From Eledone cirrhosa (Eukaryota), in contig OZ024743.1 in NCBI GenBank assembly GCA_964016885.1, positions 339,202,001 to 339,266,000 of the forward strand: a stretch of DNA of 64,000 bases, given 5' to 3'. The position numbers and the translations under genes were made by a program. This document shows, piece by piece, positions 13,296 to 26,010 of the stretch; the stretch's first letter is position 1; every line of letters begins with the position of its first letter. The notes beneath the pieces were generated by a model. It saw nothing but the letters and a program-made list of their open reading frames with translations. It was not told the origin of the DNA and did no database searches.

Positions 13296-16200
13296 TTTCT
13301 TTTATTTGCCACAAGGGCATCAAAAGTGGGACAAGTACAATGGGGGGAGTTTACAAAACAAGGCGTCCTCAATAGGGAGGAGGCCATAACAATATATAAA
13401 AATAAAATAAAATATAACAAAAAATAGAATTATAACAAAATCCTCAATAGAGGATTTTGTTATAAAATATAACAAAAAATAAAATTTATAACAAAATCCT
13501 CAATAGAGAGGAGGCGCCTTGGGGGGTCGCACACACCCCCGAAAAAAGTGTGCAACCCTTTTCCTCAGGAGCACAGAGAGGGGGTGCTCCCTCGTTCCTT
13601 CCTCTTTTCCACCTACAGGCTTATGTAAAGAGAAGGCCCATTCACACGGGCCATTCTCGCCACTTTCACCCACATTTCATAAAAACGACTGGGGTGCAGC
13701 ACCTCTCTATCCATCCTGATCTTTCTTCCGAAATGATATCGGAAGAAACGGACCAGTTGTTGGCCAGAGAGAAAGGTGCCTGACCTCAGTCCTTTCAGAC
13801 ACGTCCACCATACAACCTCTTTCGCCATGGCTATTACGCACAGAAACACCGCCTCTGCTTCATCTTTGAAGGGGGGAGGCGGCTTGATCATTACAATAGA
13901 CTCGGTGGTCAACCGGATCGGTCCCACCCTTGACAGCAGTTGTTCGACATAGCCCCACAGATCGGCTACGCCCGAGCAGTGTACCAATGCGTGTGCAACG
14001 GTTTGCTCGTCGCACACGCATCTGGGACAGATCTTTTTGGCGGGGTCCCTACCCGGGCGCCCGTGTCTGTAGAGCCTTTCTCGAACGGATAAAGCTCCTC
14101 AGTAGCACTGCCAGGCAAGGGACTTCTGGAAGTTGTCCATAGGTCCCGGGCTGAATGTCCTACCGAACAGGCCGGCCAGTTCGTCCTCCTCCATGTCTAG
14201 GGCTTCTCCGAGGGCGTCGTCGCACCTGCTGCCTACCAGCCCTCTATAGAATGTTGCGGTGGAGTCTCCACTGATAACCGGATCCGCCTGCCAGAGGGCG
14301 GCGAGCACCTGGGCACACTCAGTGTGCCAGGCGCCCAGTTTTCTCGGTCCCTGCTTGACCCAGGATTGCAGCTCGGTGAGTGAGACGAGTCTGGGAAAGG
14401 TTCGTCTCACAAACGAGGCCCACACCGGTTGTCCGGTGAGGAATACGTAGAGGTGCCGTAGCCTTAATGCGTGTTTACGCATCATTAGCCACGGCATCCC
14501 CAGCCCTCCTTTCGAAGGGTGTTGACAGCAGATGGTTCTCCTCACCATAGGAGCCCGCCTCTTCCAAAGGAATTGGAAGAGCGCGCGCTCCATCTTGGTG
14601 AGGGTTTCCCTTGGGCAGAGCACTACGGTCAGGCGGTAGTAGATGACGGACGCTATGTAGGTGTTCGCCACCTCCGCCCGACCTTTCATGGATAGTTTGC
14701 AACTGGCCCACTTCTGGGTCAGTGCAAACACCCTGTTCGTAACCTCTGCCCAGTTTTTCTCCACCTGGAGGTCCGGTCCGAACCAGACCCCGAGCAACTT
14801 CACCGGGCCCTCCGTCCAGCGTCCGACGACGCCATCGGAGGGCATCGGTCTGCCCCTCCACGTGCCGAGTTGCAAACCGATCGACTTGTCCCGGTTCAGC
14901 TTAGCCCCTGTGAACTTTTCGTACTCCTCCAGTAAGGTGCCGACCGCCTCGATTTCGGAGGCCGTCGACACCATTACTGTCACGTCATCGGCGTAGGCCG
15001 ACACCGCTTTCCGCAATCCCGGTTCCAAAGGATGCCCTGCAACAACTCCAACTTCCGCAGTAGTGGCTCGAGAGTCAACACATACAGAAGGGAGGAGAGA
15101 GGGCACCCTTGTCGGATGGACCGCGCGATTTTGAACGGCTCCGAGAGGTAGCCGTTCACCTTGACCCTAGAGCAGATGCGGCTGCTGTGCATAGCAGTGA
15201 TCCAGCCCCTGAAAACGGGTCCGAAGCCTGCCGCCGCTAGCACCGCATCCAGGTAACCATGGTCGACCCTATCGAACGCCTTAGATTGATCCAAGTTGCT
15301 CAGAGCCCCACCAAAGCCGGGTTCGTTCCCAACCCTCTCTATGATGTATCGCATGAGGTGGAGGTTGTCATGGATGGACCTGGACGGGATAGCGCATGTC
15401 TGCGCATCTCCCACCAGGTTGCCCACGACAAGCGCCAACCTCTTTGCTAGCACCTTGGCCAAAATCTGTAACTCTGTATTTAGCAGAATTATGGGCCTGA
15501 AGTTACTTATTTTGTCCCCCTTGTTCTCGTCCTTCCTCACTAGCGTGACTACGCCCTTGGTCAAAGTACAGGGAATTCTCCCGTTCTGATGCCAGTTGCA
15601 GTAGACCGCCTCGAGGAGATCGGGGAACAAGTCCGGCATAGCTAGATATAATTCGTAAGGAATACCATCGAGACCCGGGGATTTGCGTTTGCCGCATTGG
15701 CTCAGCACGTCCTCTATCTCAGCGGCCGAAATCGGCTCCTCGCAGGACTTCGCCTCCCTGTCCGAGAGGCGCGGCAGGCCGTCGAGGTATGGACCGAAGT
15801 CCACGTTCCCAACCGGCTCCCCGCCCCTCCCGAACAGTCGGGCAAAGAGCCTTTGAAAGGCCTCACACATCTGCTTAGGCTCAAGAATCGCCCGTCCATC
15901 CAGGTCTCGCAAAGACCGGATGGTGGATTTAGTTCCACTGTTGGCCTCTGTCACGTGGGCCCAGCCAACAGCTTTGGTCCCCTCGTTCCCTAGAGCACGT
16001 ATTTTACTTCGGACAACGCAGCCTTCGTGCTTCGCGTCGAAAAACTGGCTCAAAGCCGTTCTCGACGCTAGCACTCTGGCCACGTCGCCGCTTCTAATTG
16101 CCTCTTCTACTCTATCTATTAGCTCCCTTTCCTTCCTATTCCTATCCGCAGCTAGAACCTTACTAAATTCTATCGAGACTACTCTAATTTCTCTCTTTAG

Positions 16201-18641
16201 AGATACCCACCACCTGCTGTTGACGATCGCTCCAGTCAACCGTTCCTTAACTAACGTACTAATCCGATTCCTGTAGGCTCTACTTGCCGGCAAGGACAAG
16301 TTGAGCTTCCAGTAACCGGGGCCCTGTCTATGAGTTCTGTCAAGGTTGACCATGCAGGTCACTAATTTGTGGTCTGAATAGCCAACCATGCGCATTTTTG
16401 GACAACTTAAAAAGTCCTTATCCATAATTCTAACTAAGAACCTATCTAGGTACAACCTAGATGATCCGCTACGATTTGCCCAAGTCCAGGTTGGCGCAGT
16501 CGGAAAATCTAGTCGATATCTATCGGCCAGGTCAAATCGACCGATTAACCCTTTGAGGCTATTACACCCCTCTCTATCGGGGCAGGCCCCTACGTAGTCC
16601 CAGCGTGCATCTAGGATACCATTCCAGTCCCCCACTAATAGCAAGGAGCGGGACGTCCCTAGAAAAGTCTCCAGACGATGGAAGAAGTCCGGCCGCATTG
16701 ACCCGAAAGGGCCGTAGGCGGCTACCAACCTAAACGCTCCGCCTTTACCACTGCCAAGGTCCAGAACCACTAGTCGACCCTCCGGGTCCAAATGTACCAT
16801 CTGTGTTGCGAGACCCAGATGTTTTTGCAGCAGAACGACAACTCCACCCCCACCTCCGGGCTGACAGAGAGATGCGTGCATCTCAAAGTCATCAAAGGTG
16901 GGGGCCAGCTGTCGCACGCTGCTGATCCGGGCGTCGCAAATAACCATCACATCTATACGTTGTGACCTGAGGTCATTTAGAAGCATTGCTTGCTTCCAAG
17001 TTGAGCCCAGGCCACGCGCATTTAAACAGCCTACTCTTAGCATAGCCATGTTGGTGGTGAAGAGAAAAGGCACTTACCTCTCTGCGTCCCGGGTAAAGGG
17101 CTGCACAATTTCCATTAGGGTGGGGGATGGGTTGTTGGGTGGGGTGGTGGTTTGTGGAAGTGTGGGGGCATCAGTGTGTTGTGTGGTTGGGGAGCTTGGA
17201 GTTGTGTGGGTGTTTGGGGAGGGGGTGGGATAGTTTTTTAGGAGGACGCGGTTAATGGGCCCGACGCAGGGGGGGACCCACGTCCTCTTTAAAATTGTTT
17301 TTTAAAGTTTTATAGGTGTCCTGTGGGGCCTTAATCATTTTGAGGTGGGGGAAATCCCCTGCCTGGGTGAAGTTAAGCCCTTGTGTTTTTATTAGATTGT
17401 TGTTGTACACAATGTTTAACAGTTTTTTGTTTCTTGTATTTATGTATGTGTATGCATGTTTTTGTTTTTGTGTGGTGTTTTTTGTTTGCTGTTGTTATGA
17501 GCTCTTTTGTGTTGGTGTCAGTGTTATGTTTTGGGGAGGGTTTTTTTTCATTTGTGTGTCTGAGGTGTGTTTTCTTTTTTTTCTTTTGATTGTGTGGAAG
17601 TGCTCCTCCTCGTCTGACGACGAACTAGGGTCATCTTCCGCGTTGGAGGGGAGGGGTATATTTTCGGGTTGTGTTTGCGGTACGGGTGTTTTGGAAATTG
17701 TTTTTGTTTTTTGAGTGGAGGGGATGGGTTGGACATTGTTTTGTTTTGGTTTGAGCTGTGGTGGTTGTTTTTGTAGTGGTAGTTGTGGTGATTGTGTTGG
17801 TGGTGTAGGCAGGATTGGGGGTTTTCTTATTAAGTTGGGGACAGACAGCCCTCAGGTGACCTCTGGTTCCGCAGAGGTAACACGAGGGCCGTCTACCCTC
17901 AACGGTAATGTTGATGAAGGTTAGATCATCCAGTATGACGCGTTCAGGGATCTGGGCGATCCTTTCGGGCCTCATTTGAACTACAAGTTCGAGGCTCGTT
18001 CCACTGAATGCGTCACCCGATGCCTTTCCCATGGACACCAGCATGTCATCCTCCAGGTCCAGAAAACCTGTCAAAACCCACCATATGTCCATAATCGGCA
18101 GGATGGTGTGGATTTTTATTTTTTGTGTTCTTCTACCCATGTACGTAGGGTAGAAGGTGTATGCGGTGGATGTGATTGGTTTAATGGACAGTTTCACTGT
18201 TGTGTCCCTGCCCTTCATGAGAATGGATAGACTCCCGTAGAGTCTATCCTTCTGAATGAAGGTGATGTCCTTCATGACGTCTTTTAAAACCAGCTCTATC
18301 TCGCTCTGTGATGGTTGAGCTGGTTTTTTACTTTTGTTCGAGATTGTCCTAAACATGACCGTGTTTAGGAGTCTCTGGCTTTTTAGTTCCGGGGGGGGAA
18401 TGGATTGTGAATGAACCATTTTCTCCGTACACTATATATTTTTTCGCATCCGCCAGTAGCTCCTTCGCTTTTGTTATATCTACTGGCAGATAGTCGAGGG
18501 TTTTCCTTGTCGTCTCGGCGAAGGAGAAATTTTGTTTGTTTGTGTTGTCGTTGGTGGTGTTGTTGTTATCATTGTTGTTGTTGTCACCGTTGTTGTTGTT
18601 GTTATTGTTATTGTTATTGGTGTTGTTTTCGTCCGTCGCAT
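13296..18641 (-). mobile_element. Tx1-clade LINE, truncated in ORF1 and frameshifted (defective copy)
   Basis: ORF2 is split into 14980-17073, 14099-15106 and 13613-14017. ORF1 remnant at 17631-18419 has the CYLCGTRGHLRAVC knuckle. Near-identical to the copy at 18661-24397. Confidence 0.93.
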
Positions 18642-18922
18642 AGATAGATAGATAGATATGTTTCTTTTATTTGCCACTAGGGCATCAAAAGTGGGACAAG
18701 TACAAAGGGGGGAGTTTACACAAAAAGGCGTCCTCAATAAGGAGGAGGCAATAACAAAATATAAAAATAAAATAAGATATAACAAAAAATAAAATTTTTA
18801 ACAAAATCCTCAATAGAGAGGAGGCGCCTTGGGGGGTCGCACACACCCACGAAAAAAGTGTGCAACCCTTCTCCTCAGGAGCACAGAGAAGGGGTGCTCC
18901 CTTGGTCTTTCATCTTCCTCAC

Positions 18923-21900
18923 CTATAGTCTGATGTAGAGTGAAGGCCCATTCACACGGGCCATTCTCGCCACTTTCACCCATCTTTCATAGAAACGGCT
19001 GGGGTGCAGCACCTCTCTCTCCATCCTGATCCTTCTTCCGAAATGATATCGGAAGAAACGGACCAGTTGTTGGCCAGAGAGAAAGGTGCCTGACCTCAGT
19101 CCTTTCAGACGCGTCCACCATACAACCTCTTTCGCCATGGCTATTACGCACAGAAACACCGCCTCTGCTTCATCTTTGAAGGGGGGAGGCGGCTTGATCA
19201 TTACAATAGACTCGGTGGTCAACCGGATCGGTCCCACCCTTGACAGCAGTTGTTCGACATAGCCCCACAGATCGGCTACGCCCAAGCAGTGTACCAATGC
19301 GTGTGCAACGGTTTCCTCGTCGCACACGCATCTGGGACAGATCTTTTTGGCGGGGTCCCTACCCGGGCGCCCGTGTCTGTAGAGCCTTTCTCGAACGGGT
19401 AAAGCCCCTCGGTAGCACTGCCAGGCCAGGGACTTCTGGAAGTTATCCATAGGTCCTGGGCTGAATGTCCTACCGAACAGGCCGGCCAGTTCGTCCTCCT
19501 CCATGTCTAGGGCTTCTCCGAGGGCGTCGTCGCACCTGCTGCGTACCAGCCCTCTATAGAATGTTGCGGTGGAGTCTCCACTGATAACCGGATCCGCCTG
19601 CCAGAGGGCGGTGAGCGCCTGGGCACACTCAGTGTGCCAGGCGCCCAGTTTTCTCGGTCTTTGCTTGACCCAGGATTGCAGCTCGGTGAGTGAGACGAGT
19701 CTGGGAAAGGTTCGTCTCACAAACGAGACCCACACCGGTTGTCCGGTGAGGAATACGTAGAGGTGCCGTAGCCTTAATGCGTGTTTACGCATCATTAGCC
19801 ACGGCATCCCCAGCCCTCCTTTCGAAGGGTGTTGACAGCAGATGGATCTCCTCACCATAGGAGCCCGCCTCTTCCAAAGGAATTGGAAGAGCGCGCGCTC
19901 CATCTTGGTGAGGGTTTCCCTTGGGCAGGGCACTACGGTCAGGCGGTAGTAGATGACGGACGCTATGTAGGTGTTCGCCACTTCCGCCCGACCTTTCAGG
20001 GATAGTTTGCAACTGGCCCACTTCTGGGTCAGTGCAAACACCCTGTTCGTAACCTCCGCCCAGTTTTTCTCCACCTGGAGGTCCGGTCCGAACCAGACCC
20101 CGAGCAACTTCACCGGGCCCTCCGTCCAGCGTCCGACGACGCTATCGGAGGGCATCGGTCTGCCCCTCCACGTGCCGAGTTGCAAACCGATCGACTTGTC
20201 CCGGTTCAGCTTAGCCCCTGTGAACCTTTCGTACTCCTCCAGTAAGGTGCCGACCGCCTCGATTTCGGAGGCCGTCGACACCATTACTGTCACGTCATCG
20301 GCGTAGGCCGACACCGCTTTCCGCAATCCCGGTTCCAAGGGGATGCCCTGCAACAACTCCAACTTCCGCAGTAGTGGCTCGAGAGTCAACACATACAGAA
20401 GGGAGGAGAGAGGGCACCCTTGTCGGATGGACCGCGCGATTTGGAACGGCTCCGAGAGGTAGCCGTTCACCTTGACCCTAGAGCAGATGCGGCTGCTGTG
20501 CATAGCAGTGATCCAGCCCCTGAAAACGGGTCCGAAGCCTGCCGCCGCTAGCACCGCATCCAGGTAACCATGGTCGACCCTATCGAACGCCTTAGATTGA
20601 TCCAAGTTGATCAGAGCCCCACCAAAGCCGGGTTCGTTCCCAACCCTCTCTATGATGTATCGCATGAGGTGGAGGTTGTCATGGATGGACCTGGACGGGA
20701 TAGCGCATGTCTGCGTATCTCCCACCAGGTTGCCCACGACAAGCGCCAACCTCTTTGCTAGCACCTTGGCCAAAATCTGTAACTCTGTATTTAGCAGTGT
20801 TATGGGCCTGAAGTTACTTATTTCGTCCCCCTTGTTCTCGTCCTTCCTCACTAGCGTGACTACGCCCTTGGTCACAGTACAGGGAATTCTCCCGTTCTGT
20901 TGCCAGTTGCAGTAGACCGCCTCGAGGAGATCGGGGAACAAGTCCGGCATAGCTAGATATAATTCGTAAGGAAGACCATCGAGACCCGGGGATTTGCGTT
21001 TGCCGCATTGGCTCAGCACGTCCTCTATCTCAGCGGCCGAAATCGGCTCCTCGCAGGACTTCGCCTCCCTGTCCGAGAGGCGCGGCAGGCCGTCGAGGTA
21101 TGGACCGAAGTCCACGTTCCCAACCGGCTCCCCGCCCCTCCCGAACAGTCGGGCAAAGTGCCTTTGAAAGGCCTCACACATCTGCTTAGGCTCAAGAATC
21201 GCCCGTCCATCCAGGTCTCGCAAAGACCGGATGGTGGATTTAGTTCCACTGTTGGCCTCTGTCACGCGGGCCCAGCTAACAGCTTTGGTCCCCTCGTTCC
21301 CTAGAGCACGTATTTTACTTCGGACAACGCAGCCTTCGTGCTTCGCGTCGAAAAACTGGCTCAAAGCCGTTCTCGACGCTAGCACTCTGGCCACGTCGCC
21401 GCTTCTAATTGCCTCTTCTACTCTATCTATTAGCTCCCTTTCCTTCCTATTCCTATCCGCAGCTAGAACCTTACTAAATTCTATCGAGACTACTCTAATC
21501 TCTCTCTTTAGAGATACCCACCACCTGCTGTTGACGATCGCTCCAGTCAACCGTTCCTTAACTAACGTACTAATCCGATTCCTGTAGGCTCTACTTGCCG
21601 GCAAGGACAAGTTGAGCTTCCAGTAACCGGGGCCCTGTCTATGAGTTCTGTCAAGGTTGACCATGCAGGTCACTAATTTGTGGTCTGAATAGCCAACCAT
21701 GCACATTTTTGGACAACTTAAAAAGTCCTTATCCTTAATTCTAACTAAGAACCTATCTAGGTACGACCTAGATGATCCGCTACGATTTGCCCAAGTCCAG
21801 GTTGGCGCAGTCGGAAAATCTAGTCGATATCTATCGGCCAGGTCAAATCGACCGATTAACCCTTTGAGGCTATTACACCCCTCTCTATCGGGGCAGGCCC

Positions 21901-22384
21901 CTACGTAGTCCCAGCGTGCATCTAGGATACCATTCCAGTCCCCCACTAATAGCAAGGAGCGGGACGTCCCCAGAAAAGTCTCCAGACGATGGAAGAAGTC
22001 CGGCCGCATTGACCCGAAAGGGCCGTAGGCGGCTACCAACCTAAACGCTCCGCCTTTACCACTGCCAAGGTCCAGAACCACTAGTCGACCCTCCGGGTCC
22101 AAATGTACCATCTGTGTTGCGAGACCCAGATGTTTTTGCAGCAGAACGACAACTCCACCCCCACCTCCGGGCTGACAGAGAGATGCGTGCATCTCAAAGT
22201 CATCAAAGGTGGGGGCCAGCTGTCGCACGTTGCTGATCCGGGCCTCGCAAATAACCATCACATCTATACGTTGTGACCTGAGGTCATTTAGAAGCATTGC
22301 TTGCTTCCAAGTTGAGCCCAGGCCACGCGCATTTAAACAGCCTACTCTTAGCATAGCCATGTTGGTGGTGAAGAGAAAAGGCAC
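18923..22384 (-). CDS. Tx1 ORF2: APE endonuclease + reverse transcriptase + C-terminal CCHC zinc motif (1153 aa; first ATG 24 nt in)
   Basis: APE motifs CLNARGL, GDWN, YLDRF and SDH. RT motifs NFRPITLLN, LDQSKAFDRVDH, RQGCPLS and YADD. C-terminal CPRC-x8-H-x4-C. Confidence 0.95.
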   Translation of the reverse strand: MPFLFTTNMAMLRVGCLNARGLGSTWKQAMLLNDLRSQRIDVMVICEARISNVRQLAPTFDDFEMHASLCQPGGGGGVVVLLQKHLGLATQMVHLDPEGRLVVLDLGSGKGGAFRLVAAYGPFGSMRPDFFHRLETFLGTSRSLLLVGDWNGILDARWDYVGACPDREGCNSLKGLIGRFDLADRYRLDFPTAPTWTWANRSGSSRSYLDRFLVRIKDKDFLSCPKMCMVGYSDHKLVTCMVNLDRTHRQGPGYWKLNLSLPASRAYRNRISTLVKERLTGAIVNSRWWVSLKREIRVVSIEFSKVLAADRNRKERELIDRVEEAIRSGDVARVLASRTALSQFFDAKHEGCVVRSKIRALGNEGTKAVSWARVTEANSGTKSTIRSLRDLDGRAILEPKQMCEAFQRHFARLFGRGGEPVGNVDFGPYLDGLPRLSDREAKSCEEPISAAEIEDVLSQCGKRKSPGLDGLPYELYLAMPDLFPDLLEAVYCNWQQNGRIPCTVTKGVVTLVRKDENKGDEISNFRPITLLNTELQILAKVLAKRLALVVGNLVGDTQTCAIPSRSIHDNLHLMRYIIERVGNEPGFGGALINLDQSKAFDRVDHGYLDAVLAAAGFGPVFRGWITAMHSSRICSRVKVNGYLSEPFQIARSIRQGCPLSSLLYVLTLEPLLRKLELLQGIPLEPGLRKAVSAYADDVTVMVSTASEIEAVGTLLEEYERFTGAKLNRDKSIGLQLGTWRGRPMPSDSVVGRWTEGPVKLLGVWFGPDLQVEKNWAEVTNRVFALTQKWASCKLSLKGRAEVANTYIASVIYYRLTVVPCPRETLTKMERALFQFLWKRRAPMVRRSICCQHPSKGGLGMPWLMMRKHALRLRHLYVFLTGQPVWVSFVRRTFPRLVSLTELQSWVKQRPRKLGAWHTECAQALTALWQADPVISGDSTATFYRGLVRSRCDDALGEALDMEEDELAGLFGRTFSPGPMDNFQKSLAWQCYRGALPVRERLYRHGRPGRDPAKKICPRCVCDEETVAHALVHCLGVADLWGYVEQLLSRVGPIRLTTESIVMIKPPPPFKDEAEAVFLCVIAMAKEVVWWTRLKGLRSGTFLSGQQLVRFFRYHFGRRIRMEREVLHPSRFYERWVKVARMARVNGPSLYIRL

Positions 22385-24181
22385 TTACCTCTCTGCGTCC
22401 CGGGTATCGGGCTGCACAATTTCCATTAGGGTGGGGGATGGGTTGTTGGGTGGGGTGGTGGTTTGTGGAAGTGTGGGGGCATCAGTGTGTTGTGTGGTTG
22501 GGGAGCTTGGAGTTGTGTGGGTGTTTGGGGAGGGGGTGGGATAGTTTTTTAGGAGGACGCGGTTAATGGGCCCGACGCAGGGGGGACCCACGTCCTCTTT
22601 AAAATTGTTTTTTAAAGTTTTATAGGTGTCCTGTGGAGCCTTAATCATTTTGAGGTGGGGGAAATCCCCTGCCTGGGTGAAGTTAGGCCCTTGTGTTTTT
22701 ATTAGATTGTTGTTGTACACAATGTTTAACAGTTTTTTGTTTCTTGTATTTATGTATGTGTATGCATGTTTTTGTTTTTGTGTGGTGTTTTTTGTTTGCT
22801 GTTGTGAGCTCTTTTGTGTTGGTGTCAGTGTTATGTTTTGGGGAGGGTTTTTTTTCATTTGTGTGTCTGAGGTGTGTTTTCTTTTTTTTCTTTTGATTGT
22901 GTGGAAGTGCTCCTCCTCGTCTGACGACGAACTAGGGTCATCTTCCGCGTTGGAAGGGAGGGGTATATTTTCGGGTTGTGTTTGCGGTACGGGTGTTTTG
23001 GAAATTGTTTTTGTTTTTTGAGTGGAGGGGATGGGTTGGACATTGTTTTGTTTTGGTTTGAGCTGTGGTGGTTGTTTTTGTAGTGGTAGTTGTGGTGATT
23101 GTGTTGGTTGTGCAGTTGTTGGTGGTGTAGGCAGGATTGGGGTTTTCTTATTAAGTTGGGGACAGACAGCCCTCAGGTGACCTCTGGTTCCGCAGAGGTA
23201 ACACGAGGGCCGTCTACCCTCAACGGTAATGTTGATGAAGGTTAGATCATCCAGTATGACGCGTTCAGGGATCTGGGCGATCCTTTCGGGCCTCATTTGA
23301 ACTACAAGTTCGAGGCTCGTTCCACTGAACGCGTCACCCGATGCCTTTCCCATGGACACCAGCATGTCATCCTCCAGGTCCAGAAAACCTGTCAAAACCC
23401 ACCATATGTCTATAATCGGCAGGATGGTGTGGATTTTTATTTTTTGTGTTCTTCTACCCATGTACGTAGGGTAGAAGGTGTATGCGGTGGATGTGATTGG
23501 TTTGATGGACAGTTTCACTGCTGTGTCCCTGTCCTTCATGAGAATGGATAGACTCCCGTAGAGTCTATCCTTCTGAATGAAGGTGATGTCCTTCATGACG
23601 TCTTTTAAAACCAGCTCTATCTCGCTCTGTGATGGTTGAGCTGGTTTTTTACTTTTGTTCGAGATTGTCCTAAACATGACCGTGTTTAGGAGTCTCTGGC
23701 TTTTTAGTTCCGGGGGGGAATGGATTGTGAATGAACCATTTTCCCCGTACACTATATATTTTTTCGCATCCGCCAGTAGCTCCTTCGCTTTTGTTATATC
23801 TACTGGCAGATAGTCGAGGGTTTTCCTTGTCGTCTCGGCGAAGGAGAAATTTTGTTTGTTTGTGTTGTTGTTGTCGTTGGTGGTGTTGTTGTTATCATTG
23901 TTGTTGTTGTCACCGTTATTGGTCTTGTTGTTGTTGTTGTTGTTATTGTTATTGTTATTGGTGTTGTTTTCGTCCGTCGCATTGTTGTTGTTGTTGCTGT
24001 TGCTGCTGATTCTTTGGGTTGTTGCCATGGCAACGTCAAGTTGTCGGTTAACAGGTGGAGAGAATTCTTCCTCTGGCTGACCTTTCTTCTTGACCTCTGC
24101 TACTGTGACAGTGGCAGGGGGAAGCTGTAAGTTCATCTTCCCCTTTCCTCCTTCGAATTTTGGTGAAGAAGCTTCGGCCAT
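22385..24181 (-). CDS. Tx1 ORF1, gag-like nucleic-acid-binding protein (598 aa)
   Basis: CX2CX4HX4C knuckle CYLCGTRGHLRAVC, Asn-rich and Pro/Thr/Gln-rich tracts, immediately upstream of ORF2. Confidence 0.9.
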   Translation of the reverse strand: MAEASSPKFEGGKGKMNLQLPPATVTVAEVKKKGQPEEEFSPPVNRQLDVAMATTQRISSNSNNNNNATDENNTNNNNNNNNNNNKTNNGDNNNNDNNNTTNDNNNTNKQNFSFAETTRKTLDYLPVDITKAKELLADAKKYIVYGENGSFTIHSPPELKSQRLLNTVMFRTISNKSKKPAQPSQSEIELVLKDVMKDITFIQKDRLYGSLSILMKDRDTAVKLSIKPITSTAYTFYPTYMGRRTQKIKIHTILPIIDIWWVLTGFLDLEDDMLVSMGKASGDAFSGTSLELVVQMRPERIAQIPERVILDDLTFINITVEGRRPSCYLCGTRGHLRAVCPQLNKKTPILPTPPTTAQPTQSPQLPLQKQPPQLKPKQNNVQPIPSTQKTKTISKTPVPQTQPENIPLPSNAEDDPSSSSDEEEHFHTIKRKKRKHTSDTQMKKNPPQNITLTPTQKSSQQQTKNTTQKQKHAYTYINTRNKKLLNIVYNNNLIKTQGPNFTQAGDFPHLKMIKAPQDTYKTLKNNFKEDVGPPCVGPINRVLLKNYPTPSPNTHTTPSSPTTQHTDAPTLPQTTTPPNNPSPTLMEIVQPDTRDAER

Positions 24182-24397
24182 TTAAAAAATATTGACTTTT
24201 CAACAAGAAAAAACTTTTTTTTTTTGTTTAACTATTTCGCCTAAAGGCGTAGAATATTTTGAGAGACTGACCAGATCAAAGTTTGACCTGGCAGTCCCTC
24301 TACAAAATGGTACAAAAATTAAAGTTATCAGACAAGAATTTCTATAGAAATTTAAACAGAACTTACTCAGCAAGTTATACGCGTGTGTCCATCCCAG

Positions 24398-24442
<45 letters not shown>

Positions 24443-24613
24443 TACAGATATATAGATATATAGATAGATATATATACAGATAGATATACAGATATATAGA
24501 TATATAGATAGATATATATACAGATATATACACAGATATACAGATATACAGATATAGATAGATATAGATATATACACATATATACAGATATAGATATATA
24601 TACACATATATAC

Positions 24614-24694
<81 letters not shown>

Positions 24695-24973
24695 TACAGA
24701 TATAGATATATATATATATACACACACATATATACAGATATAGATATATATATATACACACATATATACAGATATAGATATATATATATATATACACATA
24801 TATACAGATATAGATATAGATATATATATATATACACATATATACAGATATAGATATAGATATATATATATATACACATATATACAGATATAGATATAGA
24901 TATATATATATATATATACACATATATACAGATATAGATATATATATATATATACACATATATACAGATATAG

Positions 24974-25004
<31 letters not shown>

Positions 25005-25007
25005 TAC

Positions 25008-25048
<41 letters not shown>

Positions 25049-25051
25049 TAC

Positions 25052-25104
<53 letters not shown>

Positions 25105-25116
25105 TACAGATATAGA

Positions 25117-25174
<58 letters not shown>

Positions 25175-25217
25175 TATATATATATATATACAGATATATA
25201 TATATATATATATATAC

Positions 25218-25268
<51 letters not shown>

Positions 25269-25269
25269 C

Positions 25270-25342
<73 letters not shown>

Positions 25343-25909
25343 TATATATATATATACAGATATACAGATATAGATATATATATATAGTTATAGAGATATA
25401 TAGATATATAGATATATATATATAGATATATATATAGATATATATATAGATATATAGATAGATATATAGATATATAGATATATAGATATATAGATATATA
25501 TATAGATATATAGATATATATATATAGATATATATATAGATATATATAGATATATATAGATATATATAGATATATAGATATATATAGATATATATAGATA
25601 TATATAGATATATATAGATATATATAGATATATATATATATATAGATATATAGATATATATATATAGATATATATAGATATATAGATATATAGATATATA
25701 GATATATATATATAGATATATATATATATATATATATATATAGATATATATAGATATATATATATATATAGATATATATAGATATAGATATAGATATAGA
25801 TATATAGATAGATATATAGATAGATATATAGATAGATATATAGATATAGATATATACAGATAGATATAGATATATACAGATAGATATATATACAGATATA
25901 TATATATAC

Positions 25910-25974
<65 letters not shown>

Positions 25975-26010
25975 TATATAGATATATATAGATAGATATA
26001 GATATATATC
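24398..26010. repeat. (AGAT)n/(AT)n compound microsatellite
   Basis: Direct reading. Confidence 0.97.

Larger units (their letters stand above)
18661..24397 (-). mobile_element. Full-length, apparently intact Tx1-clade (L1 group) non-LTR retrotransposon
   Basis: 5' UTR, ORF1, ORF2 and a 3' UTR ending AATAAAAGAAA. Both ends abut (TATC)n on the sense strand. Confidence 0.93.

Noticed and set aside
12448-24130. Numerous short overlapping or antisense ORFs within Tx1 copies (and within the PLE and RTE)
   Set aside because: They are shadow ORFs of the coding strands and recur only because the elements are duplicated.
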